64,000 nt of DNA from Zygnema circumcarinatum SAG 698-1b (Eukaryota; Plantae; Zygnematophyceae), in contig CM074821.1 of the NCBI GenBank assembly GCA_037447605.1, positions 1,054,001 to 1,118,000 on the forward strand, read 5' to 3'. The first letter of the stretch is position 1. Every line of letters starts with the position of its first letter. The position numbers were made by a program, and so were the translations under genes. Of this stretch, positions 1 to 12,000 are shown piece after piece. The notes under the pieces were generated by a model, which was not told where the DNA came from, did not search any database, and was given only the letters and a program-made list of their open reading frames with translations.

Positions 1-92
1 TCCTAACCTCTTCCCTTCCAGTTCCTGTTTTTCAGGACAGTCTTGTGTAGCTCTCTCAGTCATGACGCGGGGTTTCAATCGGTGGGTTTCAG

Positions 93-3000
93 GTGTTCCG
101 TGACAATCAACAGATGCAGGAGCGCATCATGGACTCGAATGACTTGGAAAGGGAACGTGGAATTACTATTCTGAGCAAGAACACTGCTATCACCTACAAG
201 GACACCAAGATCAACGTTATTGACACACCTGGTCACGCTGACTTTGGTGGTGAAGTGGAGCGAGTCCTCAACATGGTTGATGGTGTACTTCTTTTGGTGA
301 GTCGTGTTGTAGGAAATGGAAGCCACATGCACATGATGTGACTGGAAGATCACAGGAAGAGGCCTCCAGGGAAGAATTGATCTCCACAAGCCCACCATGA
401 TTTGAATGGAAGAACTCATGTAACCCCCTTTAAAAGAGTTTTGAGAAATGGAGAAGAGAGTATTTGTCTGTGATCAATTGGACTTTGTTGGCAAGGTCTT
501 TCTATCAGCACTCAACAGAATGAGTAATTATAGACCACTACCTTCACCTGGTTAACTACCCTTTTCCGACTGCCAACTAGCTCAATTGAAAGCCTAGGTC
601 AGAAACTCTGGCGAGCTCGCTTGGCTGTATAGGAAACGTGTGACATACAGCGAGTTGCAGGTTTAACGACGATCGAAATTGAAGGTCTTAAGGTTGAAAG
701 TGTAGGACCTGCCAAGTATAATATATGATAGGTTTTTTACCGCTGAATTGAATTGAATCGAGTACAATGAATGAGGCGTCCTACCTTTTCGTACACACCC
801 GCGAACACTCTGTTTATTCCAGCCAGTAGGTTTAGGATGTTACGAGTTCGTAAACTGAAGCGATTGCTGAATTCATGGAGAGATACATGAAATGCCACAG
901 TCATGCATTCCATTGCGGTCTAGGCCTTGACTTTCGTGCATGCAGAGTTTATGCTCATCCTTCAGCGCCTAAACGCGCTGAGAAACCGACCCGTCCTTCT
1001 TTGTGCAGGTGGACTCTGCGGAGGGCCCTATGCCCCAAACCCGCTTTGTATTAAAGAAGGCTCTTGAGCTGGGTCACCGAGTGGTGGTGGTAGTGAACAA
1101 AGTAGATAAACCTGCAGCTCGAGTGGAGTATGTTGTTAATTCTACATTTGAGCTCTTTTGCGAGCTCGAAGCCACAGATGACCAGGTAAATGATGCTATC
1201 CCTTCTTCATTGAAGGGGTTTGAACCTCTTGCTTCAGTGTTTTTACGGTATTTGCCTTGTGTGTATCTGCCTCCTCAAGAGGAATGATGTTTCTGGATGT
1301 TATTTCGCCTTACTCATTACTCTATGTCAAAAAATGCAGTGCGACTTCCAAACGGTGTACGCCAGCGGCATCCAAGGAAAGGCGGGGCTGACTCCAGACG
1401 CTTTGGCTGATGATTTGGGGCCCCTTTTTGAGACGATTATCCGCTGTGTTCCACAGCCTTTTGTAGATGTCACTGCCCCTCTGCAGCTTCTGGTCTGCTC
1501 TCACTCCTCTGTCTTAAAACACTTTAGAGGTGTAGCTCAGATGAGCTCTTGCTCTTGATTAGGTCTCACCATATTCTTGCAGGCTGTTCTCTTGGAATAT
1601 TCTTTCGTTTTTTGGGAGGGTGCAAATGGTTACCTGTCTCTGTTTATTTGCACTTTCTGAAATCACTTTTGAAATTTTATTCGGCCCTCATTTTTAATGA
1701 AAGAAGTAATGTCTGCAGGTGACCAACTTAGACTATGAGGAGCACAAGGGACGCATTGCTATTGGTCGTGTGCATGCAGGCTCCATTTCGCGCAGTCAGG
1801 ACGTGAAGGTTGTCGCTCTCCCCTGCGTCATTACAATGAAGTAGAAATATTAGACCATGTGGAATACTTGATACGTAAACAGCTGCAAGCTGTGCAAGTA
1901 CTTGACAGGCGGGATGAAACGAAATAGGAAATGGATCAAGAAATGAAAGGAGGCTGAGTGGTTATGGAAGTGATGCTGTTGCAGATCTGCACTCCGGACG
2001 GGCCGTGTAGGAATGCACGCATCGGTGAGCTTTTTGTATATCAGAACTTCTCTCGAGCAGCCATAGATACAGTGCAGGCGGGTGACATCTGCGCTATTTC
2101 TGGGCTTCCGGATGTCATGGTGAGCAGGGTCTTCTTAAAAAAAATCTTTTCCCATGAACACTTTGCCGCATGAAAAATGAATGTTGAGCTCACACAGAGC
2201 TGCAATGTGGACCTCCAAACGCTGATGTTTTTTGTGGAAGCTCGCATGCTTAAAAATCTTTCTGAAGTGTTGTTTTGCAATAAGGTGTAGGCAGTCCAGG
2301 ATGGAGTGGCTGACATGGGTATATCACTTGTATGTAACACAGATTGGAGAAACTATTGCGGCGAAAGATGGTGAACCTCTGCCTACTATCACAGTGGAGG
2401 AGCCTACTGTGAAGATGTCATTCAGTGTCAACATTTCGCCTTTTGCAGGACGGGAGGTGGGTGCTCATTCATTCATTTCATTCGAAGGAAGAGGTGGATG
2501 ATATAGATTTGGGCTATACTCCCTCTTCCGGTTCCTCCTCTAAAATGGAACACCTGAATGTATGGAGGAGGAAAGTGAGAAGGAGAAACTCCAATCATGT
2601 GGGTGTCGGTGGGATCCTTTTCTGATAGAAGGAAAATTGCAGATGCAGCTTTTAGAGTTAGAGAGATAGGGGGAGAGCGAGAGAGAGCACCGCCTGAAAA
2701 ACTGGTTTTGGCTTTATTAAATATTTCAGGGTAAATTTGTTACGTCACGCAACTTGAGGGATCGACTTTACCGCGAGCTCGAACGCAATCTGGCTATGAA
2801 AGTGGAGGATGGGGAATCAGCTGATACATTCCTGGTCAGCGGGAGAGGCACTCTCCATATCACGATCCTTATTGAAAACATGTGAGATCTTCATCTACTG
2901 ATTCTATGGAGGGAGAAAAATCCAAAAAGACATGTGCACACCCTCTCGATTACAACAGATAATGAACGAGTTTCAGACTTGCTGATTCTTGGCATGACTG

Positions 3001-4834
3001 GGACTGGGTTCACAGGCGCAGGGAGGGATATGAGTTTATGATTGGCCCTCCAAAGGTTATTAATCGCGAAGTAAATGGCAAAAAGTTGGAGCCGTTCGAG
3101 GTATGAGGACTGTCTAAGACTTAGCTCTCGCTGACTAACCTTGTGCAATCATGAAACACGTGGAGGTAGGGGCATGTGAATGATAGGATGTTTTGATGCT
3201 CTCTGCGGAAGGATTAGAGAACTATCAGGAAGTCAATTGTCTTAGAAGTGTCTCTGTTGTGATCGGTTAAGTGGCTCATTGGACGAAGTTGCATTATGTG
3301 TGATCATCTTCTGATCGGTCAATCTGCGATCTTGCAGGATGCCATGGTGGAAGTGCCGGAGGAGTATGTAGGCGCTGTGGTTGACTTGCTTGGAAAGCGG
3401 CGAGGGCAGATGCTGGATATGCAAGCTTCCGAGTAAGTGTCATCTGGGCCATCTTTATAGTGAAAGTGTCCATGCAAGTGAACAAATGAAGCACATGTAC
3501 AATTTCAAAAACCCTGAAACCTCTTTTCATCTTCATCTCATCTTCATTCTGGCAGGAGGGAGGGCGGAACAACAGTGGTTAAGTACCGCATGCCCACGCG
3601 GGGTCTTCTTGGGCTGCGGAACACCCTCCTCACTGCCACTCGCGGCACTGCTGTGATCAACACCATCTTCCACGGCTACGATCAATGGGCAGGCGACATC
3701 TCCACCCGGGAACAGGGCTCTCTGGTATGTATAGAGAAGAATGAAGACACATGAAGGGGGGTTAGGGGGAAAGCAGGCAGACAGATAGACAGACAGGGGG
3801 TGGGGGGGGAAGCGGGAGAAGGAGAGGGAGAGGGAGAGGGAGAGGGAGAGGGAGAGGGAGAGGGAGAGGGAGAGGGAGAGGGAGAGGGAGAGGGAGAACA
3901 TCGCGCGGCTCCCCACATGCATGCATGGCATGGAATTGCCATCGATCAGCATGGCCCTCAAGTGAGAAATCTTCTCTTAAATTCTTGGCAGGTATCCTGC
4001 GACACGGGGCCCACCACATCCTACGCTTTGTTCAGTTGTCAGGAGCGAGGTGCCATGTTCCTTGGTCCCGGGGAGGAGGTGTATAAGGGGCAAATTATAG
4101 GGCTTCATCAGAGGACAGGGGATCTGGAATTGAATCCCTGCAAGAGGAAGGCTGCCACAAATGTGCGCTCCAATAAAGAAGCCACAGGTATGTGCTTTCC
4201 CTCCGCCAGTAGGAGGTGCAATGTTCTAAATGCTTCCAGCAAGGTTGGCTTTCAAGCAAAGCCCAAACTTTTGCTTGTGGTCAAAGCAAAAGGTTGGGTT
4301 ATTTCCGTTTCTGACTGCAAATATGTATGGTAGGAGGGGTCAGACTTAGTATGTGGCACAGGGAATCTGTTTTGAAGTTAGTACTTTCCACTTCCTTTCT
4401 TCTGCTACTTGTCATTTCGCGTGATATTGTCTCTGATACAATATGTATGAACATATGTATGAAACTTTTCTAAGTATGACCCCCGCTAGTGTCTGCTTCC
4501 GAGATTGTTAGTAACTTAGAAAGGTGGATAGGTGGGTTCAGAGGGAAGTTGGGTGGGCGACTGAAATGAATATGAAGGGGAAACTGAACTGAGAATACAA
4601 GCGTGTGAGTGATGTAGAGAGAGTGTGAGAGTGCGAGATAGACAGAGAGAGAGAGAGAGGGGTGTGCACTAAGAATGGGAGAGGTGGGATGATGCAGTTG
4701 TATTGGCGTCTCCTGCGGACTTGAGTTTGGATGACTGCGTGGAATACATTCAAGAGGATGAACTGGTTGAGGTGACCCCTGCCAGCGTGCGCATGTTGAA
4801 GAATCCGAGAGCTGTGAAGAAGGGGAAGAAGTAG
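93..4834 (+). CDS. typA: Plastid TypA/BipA ribosome-associated translational GTPase (SVR3-like), 5'-partial, 12 exons in window
   Basis: GT-AG exons 93-296, 1009-1185, 1340-1492, 1719-1808, 1985-2119, 2343-2456, 2730-2881, 3016-3100, 3338-3432, 3556-3724, 3992-4187, 4698-4834 splice in frame. Motifs [59 protein letters not shown] and ELVEVTP are diagnostic of TypA. The start lies upstream of the window. Confidence 0.96.
3822..3896 (+). repeat. (GAGAGG)n purine microsatellite in a TypA intron
   Basis: About 12 tandem hexamers inside intron 3725-3991; source of the spurious GEGEGE/SPSPSP ORFs. Confidence 0.9.
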
Positions 4835-6066
4835 AGGGAGAAGACGATACACTTCGTCCACATGACTCCATTCATGAAATCGCAGCGGCCTATAATGATG
4901 ACTGCTATAAAAAAAAAAAGGGATTCCAGCAATAAGCTGGAGGCTGGGCGGAAATTGCCAAACATGAATGTATACTGATGTTCGAGATTCATCTGATGAT
5001 CTGTGGGAAGTTAGTGATGTGTGTGTAATCCTTAGGATCTAGGGTTCATTCTTTTTCCTCAAGCAGCAGTTGACGACATCGCTGGAAGAAGCAGGATCAA
5101 GGAGCCACAGATTTGGGTTTAGGGTTTTTGTTGGGAGAAAGTAGTCAAGCTCTTTGATCTCGCGTTTGGCAACTCTTCTATGAGGTCTTATAAATGTATT
5201 TCCCTTTCAAACGTGTAGAGGCCAGCATTGGAGATGTCTTATTTTGGCATTGATTGACTTAATTTTCCTTTCTTCTCTCTCGATTCCTCACTCTTAGGCT
5301 GCCATTGTTTACTTGTAGATGCATCTTCAGTCATCATCCCATACAAACAACGTCTGAATTCGCTCTTTATATATTGTGTTTGATACGCTGCACCTCTCTT
5401 TGTGCAATGCAATGAGCCATCATGATCAGGCCTGCTCAAATAAGGGATATGCACTAAATATCGTAAATAGCTAATAGGGAAAATTTTGACATAGGTTTAG
5501 AGACGTTACCTTAAGCACCATAAAAGCCCTAAAAAACGCCCATTTTTTGGTTACAAAACACGTAGAGTGAATTGGTATTGCACTCGCGATGTCATCATAT
5601 GGACATGAACTCTCCTTGTTAGCTAAACAACAGGGCATTAGAAATTGGTGCAACTTCTTCGACTCTTATAGATTGGATTTTTTACCAATGAAGCAGAACA
5701 CTTGAGCATTTGGCAATCACAACATGGTAGTTACTTATTCAAAGACCCAATCGCATCAAAGCTTTGCAGACCCCAGCCAAAGCTTTTTATCTCTACTTCT
5801 ATACATCATGAATTACTCCAAATATCACCTTCGTCGAATCCATCATACTCTATCAACCTCCTCACAAAAACTGAATTCCAAATCAGAACCTCCTTGGGTT
5901 TCAGCAACAAAAACAAAAACTGAAATACGAATTGAAATTGAAAATGAAATAAAAATTGTCCGTACTCCTTTGTTGTTGCTAGTACAGTACGTCGAGGCTC
6001 ATCAATACGACAGCTTTAGGATTGCTTCAAACTACAGTACATCAGTCTTTTTGGTCTTTTTGAGTA

Positions 6067-6527
6067 CTGTAAGCACCCCTAATATTTTCCACCCTAGTAC
6101 TTGCGTTTCCCAAGAAATTCGCCCTGATTTTGCCGAAACCACTTTTAGTACGGTAAGTCTGTGTCAATGTATTAGGGGTGTTAACCTAACCTGGCCTATT
6201 TTTCAATACAAAATCTGTTAATCGAAACGGGTTTCGAACATGGGTCACGCTATTTCTCTGTACGGTAAGTACGGATACAATCTCTAAATCAATACGTGTG
6301 TACAAAACCAATAGGAGCTCGTGCAACTAAATGTACGGCACCAATAGGAGTTCGCGACAGGGCCCGCCAGGCGGCCATGCGCCTCCGTACAGAGGGAAAC
6401 AGTACGGCCGCAGGCCGGACTAACATAATACCGCCCGCCTATTGGTAACGCGGACCTTATATGTGCAAATTCCAAGATTTTCGCCCAATTTGCCGAAACT
6501 ATGGCGAAAATATTAGGGGGGGTACTG
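6067..6527. mobile_element. Degenerate, longer copy of the TA-flanked Tc1/mariner(pogo)-like MITE family seen at 57600-57790
   Basis: Right end GGCGAAAATATTAGGGGGGGTACTG followed by TA (6503-6529) resembles the TIR of the 57600 element. Internal blocks 6121-6150 and 6421-6510 match 57655-57780. The left TIR is eroded (CTGTAAGCACCCCTAATATTTTCC). Confidence 0.6.
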
Positions 6528-6581
6528 TACCCTAACCCCCCGTACCCTAACCCCACGGCAGTTTAGGCTTGCCCTCCAGCT

Positions 6582-6794
6582 CTAGGGTTAGGGTTCTAGG
6601 GTTAGGGTTCTAGGGTCAGGGTTCTAGGGTTTGGGCTCTAGGCTTTGGGTTCTAGGGTTTGGGCTCTAGACTTTGGGTACTAGGGTTTGGGCTCTAGGCA
6701 TTGGGTTCTAGGGTTTGGGCTTAAGGCTTTGGGTTCTAGCGTGTGGGCTCTAGGGTTTGGGATCTAGGATTTGGGTTTTAGGGTTAGGGTCTAG
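6582..6794 (+). repeat. Interstitial telomere-like tandem array, 14-bp unit CTAGGGTT(A/T)GGG(T/C)T, about 15 copies
   Basis: Parsed directly: ctagggttagggtt x2, ctagggtcagggtt, then alternating ctagggtttgggct / ctaggctttgggtt variants. Confidence 0.85.
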
Positions 6795-6975
6795 CTCATT
6801 TTCAAACCAAATTTTCCAGTACCAAGCAGTCAGGCAAATAGAACTTTCAGAATTTCGGAACTTTTAGACCTGATATCCCAACCGCCCCAAAAAAAATTGT
6901 ACGGACTTTCCGCTCGCTCTACCGCGCTCCATTGGCGGTTGAGTCCACCAATGGGAGGCCTCCGCGGACTTTATT

Positions 6976-8120
6976 GCCACGTGGCGAATCCTCGCGGTGC
7001 ATGCACCTAGCTCAATCATTTGCTGCCACCAGAAGCTGACATGTGGCAGGATTCTGTGTCGTTTACACATAACGAACCCGTATATGACAGAATAAATTTG
7101 TCGTCTCGTTCCCAGGTCTTGTTGTACTACGTACGGCGTACGGTCGAATAGACAGCCAAAACATTTGTCTTATCGGATAGGAAAATACTATTCTCACACC
7201 TTCTTTTGTCTACACACAGACCTTTTTCCGCCGGGCAGGTTCTATTTTAGAAAAAAAATGATTAAAAACGAATACGAGAAGAGTTTGCAGGCATGTAACG
7301 TTCACTTTCCGTTCAAACAATGAAAACATGCTAAAATTTGTGCTTTCTCTTATTTTTTTCACAGTAAAACGATGACCGAGCAGTGTTTATTTCTTCAAGA
7401 CCGATCTCGTACTGGGTCAAAGAGATGAAGTGGCTCAAAGTTAACCAACATCCCTCAATGCCGCAATGTCTGATGATTGTCCGGATGTCCTTGGCAATGC
7501 TTGTTGTATTATAATGCGTTTTTAGGGTTTCAAAACCTTTTTTTCCTAAAATAAAATCTGCCCGACGGAAAATGGAGTGTGTATCGACAAATGTGTGAAA
7601 CGATCATTTTTCGTTTTTAATCCTTTTTTTTCTAAAATAGAACCTGCCCGACGAAAAAAGGTCTTGTGTAGACAAAAAAGGTGTGAGAATAGAATTTTCC
7701 ATCGTATATTTTTTGTCGTTTTATCTGTCCGTATCACTGTTCGTACATATTATGAATGTTCGAACCGTACGGCAGCACGTGCCTCGATGGCCTTTCTCCA
7801 TGCATCCTCGTTGGGAATTTACACGTGGCTGCTCATTTATTCGCCACGTGTTTGGCCTCCTTCTAATAAGACAAGACATTATCAGAATGAATTTGTGGAG
7901 ACTAGCGGTGACCGGTGGGCGGTCCCAAGTGCCGCGGCAGCGGACGGCAGACTCCGTTTGTCGTTTTGCCAAAGGGTGGTTGAAGACGGTTAAGAAGTCG
8001 GCCAGCCCGCGGCGCGCCCACGCAGAATCGGTACCCCGCTATGCTCGCGCCGCAAAATCCTCCAATGGAAACTGCGACGGAGAGCTTCCGGCCAATGGGA
8101 CCGTTCCTAAATGACACGTG
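6976..8120 (+). promoter_or_regulatory. G-box/ABRE-like motifs upstream of the DOG1-ankyrin gene
   Basis: GCCACGTGGC at 6976-6985; CACGTG at 7776, 7845 and 8115; several CCAAT/ATTGG motifs. Function is inferred only. Confidence 0.4.
7180..7700. mobile_element. Non-autonomous DNA transposon (MITE) with about 90-bp terminal inverted repeats
   Basis: GGAAAATACTATTCTCACACC...TTAAAAACGAA (about 7180-7272) is the near-perfect reverse complement of about 7610-7700. Flanks are ATCGGATA (7172-7179) and ATCGTATA (7701-7708), an 8-bp TSD with one mismatch. Superfamily (hAT vs MULE) is uncertain. Confidence 0.75.
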
Positions 8121-8559
8121 CCAGTTATTTTTGCACCTTAGGCCGCGGCTTCCTTGAAGGAAGCGGCGTCCAGGAGCAGGGCCGGGGCGGGCCACACTTG
8201 CAAAGTCGATCTCTGATTGGTGGAGAATCTCTGCCGACATTTTAGGAAATAAGATCTCGAGTAAAGATTCGGTACGATTCGATTTGCCCTAGACGACAAA
8301 ATGAGAAATTGTACTTTACAGTTCTTGTTGCCTCTGTACGGGTTTTGGAAAACTCGGCAAACCAAGTTTCCACTGAAAAACTTGGGAGTAAAAAATCGTT
8401 GAGTGTACTTTGTCCAATCATAGCTCTCCACGTCGGATGAAGTTAGATACGTGAAAATCGTGATTGGTTCGGACTCCTAAAGTGATTTTTTACCTTTTCC
8501 AAGAAAGGTCACAGGTCGAGCCCGGAGTGAGCCCGAAGCAAGGCCAAAAGCTTGAAGCT

Positions 8560-8940
8560 CCAAATTCTGCACCTTCAGTTTTCTCATCTTCGCAGGACAC
8601 TTTGCAAGCGGAGAGCCTGCAGGCTCCTCGCCCTTGAAACTTTTGCATCTCTTGAAACTCTTGAAACTATCCAAACTCTTTAAGCTCTTGACGCTCTTGA
8701 AAATCCTTATCTGCAAGCCTGCACCTGTAGGACTCGTGCAGCGGAGGGCCCGCCTTGAAACTCTCCACAACTCTTCAAAATCGTTAACATCCTCACCTGC
8801 AATCTCGCTGTACCCGCAGGGGACGGAGGTCCTGCGGGCTTCTCCTTCAAACTTTTGAATCTCTTGAAACTCTTGTCTTGCAAGTTCCCTTCACCCGCAG
8901 GACGCTTGCAATCGGAGAGCCTGCGGGCTCCTCCTTCGCA
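8560..8940 (+). repeat. Modular repeat and hairpin region just upstream of the DOG1-ankyrin ATG
   Basis: Perfect palindrome GAGCCTGCAGGCTC at 8613-8626, variant at 8917-8930, stem CCCGCAGG/CCTGCGGG at 8813-8838, interleaved with several CTTGAAACT(C/T) units. Confidence 0.6.
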
Positions 8941-9018
8941 GTATTATCTTCTCTCCATAATGGACACGGCCCCCTGAAGGCTCTGAATCCCTCTGAACGG
9001 AGTCACCAGCTCTCCTCC

Positions 9019-12000
9019 ATGGACTCAGCAGTCATGACCGCTCCCAAGTTCAAGGAGTTTTATGATGGCTGGGCGAAGGATGAGGGGGAGATTCTGAAGG
9101 GGATCAGGGAAGAGCTTCACGCGACTGCAGAGTCTGGTCAGCCGCCTTTGCAGGAGCGGTTCAGGGTGTTGGTGGATGGTCTTATGAAGCATATTGGGGT
9201 GTATCATGACTACAAGCTAAGAGCAGCAAACGAAGATACTCCTTGTGTTGCAGCAGGTCTTTGGCGTACGCCTTTGGAAGGTCCTTTACTTTGCCCTGGC
9301 TTTGGATTCTTTTGGTCCTTGCAAAGCAGTTGGATTGGTAGCAATTCTATGTCCTACGTGTTCCATCATGGTCGGTATTTCTAACCATGCTTGGCATGAG
9401 GTGTTTCTCTTCACCCCTTGTTTCTAGCTTTTGGGACCCCTCCTTTGAACAAGGAAATTCAATTTATTTATTTTTTCTTGCAGCTGGCTTCATTTGGCTA
9501 GGCGGATGGCGACCGGCAGCTGCCATCATGCTTGCATATTCTCTCATGGGAATGCAAATAGAGAACGAGCTTCAGTCGCTGCTGGAAGGAGTGGATGTGC
9601 CATCTATGGCCGCGCTCTCTCATCAGCAGGTATAGAGACCTTTCTGTTTGGAGCAATGCCTTTTTCACATCGGCTATTGTCTCATGCTCGATACCTTACA
9701 AGAGAGGCTTTGGAACTATGCAAATTTGTTTTGTTCTATCTGCTTTGCAATTTCGATAAGTGGATTTGTTTTTGTTGGAAGAATGAACAAAGCAAGTTTT
9801 CCAAACATTTCTTTCTGATCGGTGTTTTTTGTTTTTCCATTGTCTTAAATGCCGGTTTTTATGGTGTCAAATAGCTCACCCAGTTGAACGATCTTCAGCA
9901 AAGCTTGCGGAAATCGGAAGGGGAACTGTCGGATCGGCTGGCTGTCTTGCAGGTTGGAGCATTCCCTGCTCCAATGACTTGTCTGAATGCACAAGCACCT
10001 GTATCAGGAAAGAAAACATTGTACATATCATATCATATATATGTATTGTATCATATCATATCATATCATATATATTGTATATCGTATCAGTACTTCTACT
10101 GGCGTTTGCATGGGAACAGTTGCCGAACGGATGCATGGAAAGTAGCGGGAAAAACTGTACTTTCCAATTTCGCTGTCCCTTTTTCCTCTGCCCTGCTTTT
10201 GTCCCTCTTGGCTATCAGAAACTGGCTATATTCTTTCAGATGCCGACTGTCTGGATGACATGAAGGCATGCGGATTGTGCACAGCATAGGGGAGGAGAGA
10301 TCTGACTGAGCAAAGGAGTCTTGTTGTCACAGACACACGAGTTGGTGAAGCCAGATGTCATCGCTGCCGCGAAGGCATGTTCCTTTTTTCTCCTATTGTT
10401 GTGTGAGGGGGGAACGGAATTTTGCAGTTGATTGGAGTTTTTGGGATGGCGCATGCTGAGGTAAAGAGGCTGTTTGGAGAGAGTTTCCACCATGGGTAGT
10501 TGGTGTTGTCGGCTCATTTGACTGAGCAATGTCAATCAAGTGCGATCAACAAAAGGAGGAACATGTCTTACTGCTTAAATTGAAGGACTGCTCAGGAGGT
10601 TGAAGTGGCCTTCTTTTTTACCACCTAGTTGACCACTTGAAACTTCAACACGTGATGCCTGCATAATCTTTGCTTTCCGCACGGGGAATTCACGCATGCA
10701 GATGATGATGGCAGATCAGAACATGACTAAAATCACTGCAAAGGATCCACCGATCTCGGAGTCCCATGAGTATGAAGAGCTCGGAACAGCCATCGACGAG
10801 AAGCTTGAGACTCTTCGCGACCTGCTCATCGATGCAGACAATTTGAGGCTGCAAACTTTGAAGGGAATGTTGGAGATTCTCACTCCTATGCAGGCACGCT
10901 CTGATCTCTGGCAGCGTTTCTTGTCAGTCGCGGCAAAACTCTTGGAGCTTTCCTTTTCATCATTTCGTACTTTGTGAGCATAGCCTCAGTAGTTTCTTTT
11001 ATCCTTACCTCGATCTGGGGGTACCGATGTTTTCTCCTGCCCTGCATGACAGGCTGCGCAGTACCTTGTAGCCGCTGTAGAGCTATCCATAGCCATCAGA
11101 CGACTTGGAATACTCCGCACTCAGCCGCTGAATGGAGCGCAGCTTCCAGGTGGAAAAAATATGCCGGGGGATATTCACATTGGGGCTGTTAAGGGTGAAA
11201 CGAAGCTTCTGGTGGAGCTTCTGAAAAGTGGGGCCAATCCTTCCGAGGCTGACTATGAGGGTCGTACGCCACTGGTGAGATGCTATACCACATTTTTGAA
11301 GTGTGGAATTCCTGACCCTTTTTGCATTTGATGGAGTCGGGCATTTAATATGGTTTTTGGTTTGGAGCTATACGTTTTTTGAAAACGTACTGGGAACTGA
11401 GCATGCCGGCTTTTACTACTTTCGCCATAGAAATCTTGTGAATTTTCAGCCCGTCTGCCGATCTGCTTCAGATTTTTAATTCCTTTGCCTGTAGATTCGC
11501 TGGCTGGATTCTGTCTTACCTTTTATAATGGTAGACTTACATAAACTGCGTGTCCTTCCGGTCGTTGCCTCAGACTGTAAACTGAGGTAAAATTGCCTGA
11601 GCTTTGAAGTCATGAGTTTGCATGAACAGTTCTTGTTTGATGTTGGACACATAGATGTATATGGCGTGTATTTACTTTCTTGCTTACGTCAATTGCCTCG
11701 ACGAGGATGCTCTGTTAATAGTCAAGTCCAATTGTGACGCGTTCGAATTTTCGGAATCTTTGTTTCGCAAGTGTGACGCAACGGAAAAATGAAAAGTCAA
11801 CCACTGAAGTGTAGAATTTGAGAGTGGAACGGCAACCAAGGAAATGTAGCTGGCGTACTGTAATATACATTCTGTGGTTGGAGAATGTTCAATTAATATT
11901 GTAGCAGGGTTTTGTATTAACGTAGTTTGGGAATGGAATGGTTGCCGGGGACCAGCATCTGGCAGCAGCCAAAGGCCACGTGGAGTGCATTAATTTGCTC

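Noticed and set aside
3533-4333. ORFs rich in GEGEGE, SLSLSL and PSPSPS
   Set aside because: Translations of an intronic (GAGAGG)n microsatellite; the real TypA exons flank it.
5702-6556. 165-aa and neighbouring ORFs downstream of TypA
   Set aside because: No recognisable domain, and they overlap a MITE remnant and AT-rich intergenic DNA.
10241-10375. Possible extra exon in the DOG1-ankyrin gene after TTTCAG
   Set aside because: In-frame stop after seven codons, and the DOG1 domain is continuous without it.
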